From contig OZ116699.1 of the NCBI GenBank assembly GCA_964199315.1, positions 13,020,001 to 13,084,000 on the forward strand: DNA of 64,000 nt, in the 5' to 3' direction. A program made the translations under genes and the position numbers. The notes under the pieces were generated by a model, which had not been told where the DNA came from, did no database searches, and saw only the letters and a list, made by a program, of their open reading frames with translations. The DNA comes from Orbicella franksi. Its lineage: Eukaryota. This document shows, in pieces, positions 62,301 through 64,000 of the stretch (its first letter is position 1; every line of letters starts with the position of its first letter).

Positions 62301-64000
62301 ATTCGATAATTAGTGGCAACGAAGACAATAAGTTCGATATCAACCCCAGCACCGGTATCATAACTGTTAAAAACGAGCTCGACTATGAAACTGTCGTGAG
62401 ATACTCTCTTGTGATACGAGTAAGCGACAACGCTCCACCGGCTCAGCGGCTTTCCACTGTTGCCAAGGTAACAGTTCGGTTGACGAACGTGAATGACAGC
62501 GGAGGTGTGGATGTGTTGATAGAGGATGTCCTTAGCAGAATAACGCCGCCAGGGGATCCTGCTGATGTCGCAGGGCTACCAACGAGTAGCCCGATATCTG
62601 TGGTATTGCTGTATGAAAATGGTAAGTTACAGATTGGAACCAGGGGAGAACGGGCTAGGCTTATATAACTATGACAATAGAAACTTTCATTAGAAGTGAA
62701 GAAACAGAAACTATTGCGGAACTTTATCACCAGTTTAAGTGAACAAAAATAACGAATCGATGATTAATTAGATTGCTGAATTTTCCTCTGTTTTCTTCCG
62801 GATGAGAGCCAAGACCTGACGGTTACAACTGACGAATAATTCGGTATTGGAGTGTTAGGGTAACGTTCATTAATACTTTGGAAGTGGCAAGGCTATATGT
62901 GATACCGACTGGATAAACCGATACGGTGTACTTAACTTGAGACTAGGACAGAGAACAAACTTAAATGGAAGCTGATCTATATGTTTGTCAACAGGAAACA
63001 AAGTAAAGCTCTCCTCTGATGACAGCAGACTGACATTTGACGACAAGTCCGAATCACGTGGTCTTTTCACAGTTGTCCAAGCTGACGACAAGAAGATTAT
63101 TAAAGCAAACAGCGCCGGATTGCTGGGTCAAGGTGTCCTCATTGTTCGTGTTCACAACGTTTACAATGTCCGCGTCACAGTAAATGTGGTGGGTTACTCT
63201 TCGCTACAGTTAACAGCTGTTCCTTATCCAGTCATTGAAGGATCGAATGCCACTTTGACGTCGTTGAAGCGTATAGGAAGTCTCCATGGAAACGTCCAGT
63301 TGGCTGCTCTCAAGCTATGCCTCGTTTTGACGGATAAGTCCACCACCGATGTTTCCACGATGACGTCGACATCATTTCGTGTCGTAAGCAATGACGTAGG
63401 AGTTAAAGTTTCCATGGATTCTATTCCTAAGAACGTGCTGTTTATAGACAGGACGAGCACAAGCGGGTACATGAGCTTTCGTGGGCAGTTCTCCGGTAAA
63501 GAGTCGGGGAATCTTGTTCTCGAAGTTTCAACGGAAGTAATAACAGTTAATGAAATCCTTGCCGTGGAAATAATCGGGCTCAGGAATCAAACTCTTTTGG
63601 GTCCAGTGTTGTCCACGCAGGCCCAGGTTCAAGTAGACTTTGTTATGAATGATAGCTCTGTGCTTAGAGTGCAAAATTTCTCCGCAATCTCTGGACTTGT
63701 AGCATTTAAAATCAGTCACGAAAAAGCAGCTTCGGTTGACCGCGTGACGGGGGTTGTTATGCTGCTGTCAGACTATCATGACTTGGTGACCGTGACAGTC
63801 ACTCCGTTTCAGGGTCTTGGAAAACCAAAGCATGTGCAATTGTATTGTAACACAGTCCCACCAGTGGGTGGTGTTGACATTGGACAGGAGTACGGCCCAG
63901 CAGTACCAGCATTAATAGCTAACCAGAGAGTTACCATTCCTTTACGCGTGAATCCTGGCAAATCAAAACTTCTTGCCTTTGATTTGAAGATTTTGTACGA
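23297..64000 (+). CDS. PKHD1L1: Giant fibrocystin-L (PKHD1L1)-like protein extended by cadherin repeats; at least 54 exons, at least 5695 codons, runs off the right end of the window
   Basis: Hand-traced GT-AG exons with compatible phases and no in-frame stop: 23297-23369, 23491-23565, 25530-25671, 25963-26071, 26455-26512, 28704-28791, 29325-29378, 29812-29885, 30264-30374, 30873-30983, 31206-31298, 31458-31732, 32049-32300, 32630-32711, 33041-33328, 33947-34278, 34819-35107, 35195-35494, 35846-36123, 36500-37583, 37852-37916, 38627-39239, 39501-40315, 40736-41411, 41638-42216, 42689-43168, 43862-44155, 44269-44419, 44519-45042, 45522-45849, 46710-46944, 47348-47525, 48088-48339, 48540-48725, 49042-49348, 49455-49672, 50166-50513, 51023-51637, 52218-52376, 52687-52893, 53335-53661, 53770-54013, 54258-54484, 54758-54983, 55134-55522, 55816-56019, 56605-57245, 57877-58462, 59036-59236, 59683-59952, 60484-60871, 61254-61558, 61947-62621, 62995->64000. 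The translation is collinear with vertebrate PKHD1L1 as I recall it, e.g. RAEVGLLTRN, CPDGFDPGIFAVQTC, GRYPIHFHL, FFIEDGIETGNTIQYNL, TPATFWVTNPNN, NPSDCIDMDCD, ESLDADTELRRLSPVA. Confidence 0.93.
23491..31298 (+). CDS. PKHD1L1: Exons 2-11: IPT/TIG domains 1-3
   Basis: TIG starts RVIKITPNTGSLQGETKLTIHGEGF, TPTITSLTPRYEFPGTLLTIRGRMF and DILEVSPSIGSTAGGTVLTIKGKGF, assembled from ten small phase-consistent exons. Confidence 0.85.
28280..28538. repeat. Recent tandem duplication, 132-bp period, in intron 5
   Basis: Copies start at 28280 and 28412 (GGCAGTCTGGCATTGTGCTTAT...GTGGCGGATTGCC) and differ at about 4 positions. Confidence 0.95.
31458..32300 (+). CDS. PKHD1L1: Exons 12-13: PA14 domain
   Basis: RGLLREVW...[30 protein letters not shown]...LKKGQRYYIEALHVQDGG matches the PA14 pattern, including the DD motif. 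Confidence 0.88.
32630..36123 (+). CDS. PKHD1L1: Exons 14-19: PKHD1L1-family region between PA14 and the TIG array
   Basis: HCGRFSLKNP, LCFSYKG, ASTPPVGGTFDI, SRVGTCASYNWIVEW and PIPGDMLR align in order with the equivalent PKHD1L1 segment as recalled. Confidence 0.85.
36500..41820 (+). CDS. PKHD1L1: Exons 20-25 (part): IPT/TIG domains 4-14 with an inserted cupredoxin-like domain
   Basis: Eleven repeats of the pattern P-x-[IVL]-x-x-[ISL]-x-P-x-x-G...T-I-x-G-x-G-F...C-x-V...I-x-C. The cupredoxin-like segment GYAWNPQTIVINSGDSVQW...PGTYFYSS...MKGKVIV lies at 37852-38850. Confidence 0.9.
38198..38358. mobile_element. Short MITE-like element in intron 21 (right end degenerate)
   Basis: TAGCCTGCGTAGCTGGCGGTTTAGTTGG ... 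CCAACTAAACCACCAG inverted match. Confidence 0.55.
41821..46944 (+). CDS. PKHD1L1: First G8 domain plus parallel beta-helix (PbH1) region
   Basis: VWSSPFTW...GELIFDEKDLTLNAEKILVADGGKLQVGTEERPFQHKAKIVLHG (G8), then GQAFGLGRYPIHFHL, GCAIHHTFNRAVTVHG and HNAAAGGSHHGYWY. Confidence 0.92.
46010..46239. mobile_element. MITE in intron 30
   Basis: Imperfect TIRs CAGGGTCGGGTTGTTCAGAAGCCGGTTAA / TTAATCGGGCTTTGAGCAACCCAGCACAG; no clear TSD. Confidence 0.65.
46974..47231 (+). mobile_element. tRNA-derived SINE in intron 31
   Basis: tRNA-like head (GGCAGGGATAGCG...GAGAGGGCTCGCCTCCC...GGGTTTAAATCC B-box), body GTGGGTTGAGTTTGTTGTTGGTTCT...TTCTCC...AAAAACCAACA, and AT-rich tail. Confidence 0.7.
47348..53661 (+). 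CDS. PKHD1L1: Second G8 domain, second PbH1 region and downstream PKHD1L1 ectodomain
   Basis: WSDPDAW...LFIYGTLELE...GGNLIIGWEDQP...GSKAIGVFGNLEIHG; LAAEVGLLTRNIVIEG; ENVEFRHCGQEG; GPMDHGCCFGYAC. Confidence 0.92.
53770..54484 (+). CDS. PKHD1L1: Exons 42-43: polybasic (furin-like) site and Thr/Pro-rich linker
   Basis: NLIQNLASLLNIDESRIRVVEI...SSRRRRRE...IEIGDPP, with RRRRR at 53895-53909, then FTTAPPVTITTTALPTQNPT. Confidence 0.85.
54758..57245 (+). CDS. Exons 44-47: four tandem copies of an Ig-like module (QP...F-x-x-QP...G...F-x-[ND]-L...F-[ED]-V)
   Basis: Repeats start at about 54844 (LIVMQEPQGANETVPFQVQP), 55345 (LYFTLVSHPRDVNETVPFGQQP), 55989 (LELVITQQPGDCNDTVLCGSQP) and 56931 (FYLKVVTQVANANQSVVFGTQP). 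They end PFEVKER, PFDVKER, TFDVTPR and PFE|V. Confidence 0.85.
57877..62497 (+). CDS. Exons 48-53: seven cadherin (EC) repeats
   Basis: Canonical cadherin motifs recur seven times: [IV]-x-E, A-x-D-x-D-x-G, DRE/DYE/DLE, A-x-D-x-G-x-P and D-x-N-D-N-x-P or V-N-E-F-x-P. Confidence 0.93.
62498..64000 (+). CDS. End of exon 53 plus exon 54 (open to window end): beta-rich extracellular region; last ~25 residues cohesin-like
   Basis: 62995-64000 is a 1006-nt stop-free frame after acceptor CAACAG|, phase 1, matching donor AATG|GTAAGT at 62621. It is absent from the ORF track because it runs off the window. It ends ...GGVDIGQEYGPAVPALIANQRVTIPLRVNPGKSKLLAFDLKILY. Confidence 0.85.

Noticed and set aside
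36806-63472. Many minus-strand and alternate-frame ORFs over the giant gene (e.g. 42754-43155, 57853-58185, 58017-58349, 63224-63472)
   Set aside because: Shadows of strongly coding + strand exons.

Overview
AT-rich, intron-containing animal DNA. Gene and repeat content suggest an anthozoan such as a stony coral (inference). The first ~22 kb is a mosaic of non-autonomous DNA transposons, LINE and SINE fragments. It also holds an unidentified multi-exon WD40/beta-propeller-like gene on + (~9.4/12.1-21.3 kb). From 23297 to the window end I traced by hand one + strand gene of at least 54 GT-AG exons whose phases all join into a stop-free frame of at least 5695 codons. The first 4552 codons are a complete fibrocystin-L (PKHD1L1)-type ectodomain: signal peptide, 14 IPT/TIG domains, PA14, a cupredoxin-like domain, two G8 + beta-helix regions and a polybasic furin-like site. 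Vertebrate PKHD1L1 ends in a transmembrane anchor here. This frame instead continues through four copies of the membrane-proximal Ig-like module into seven cadherin repeats. It then enters a beta-rich region whose last visible residues resemble a cohesin domain, i.e. a coherin-like cadherin. The junction intron contains a cryptic in-phase exon encoding a hydrophobic tail and stop, which could give a short membrane-anchored isoform. The fibrocystin-L/cadherin(/cohesin) chimera and its possible isoform switch are the main candidates for something undescribed. No database searches were run; homology statements are from memory of the families.
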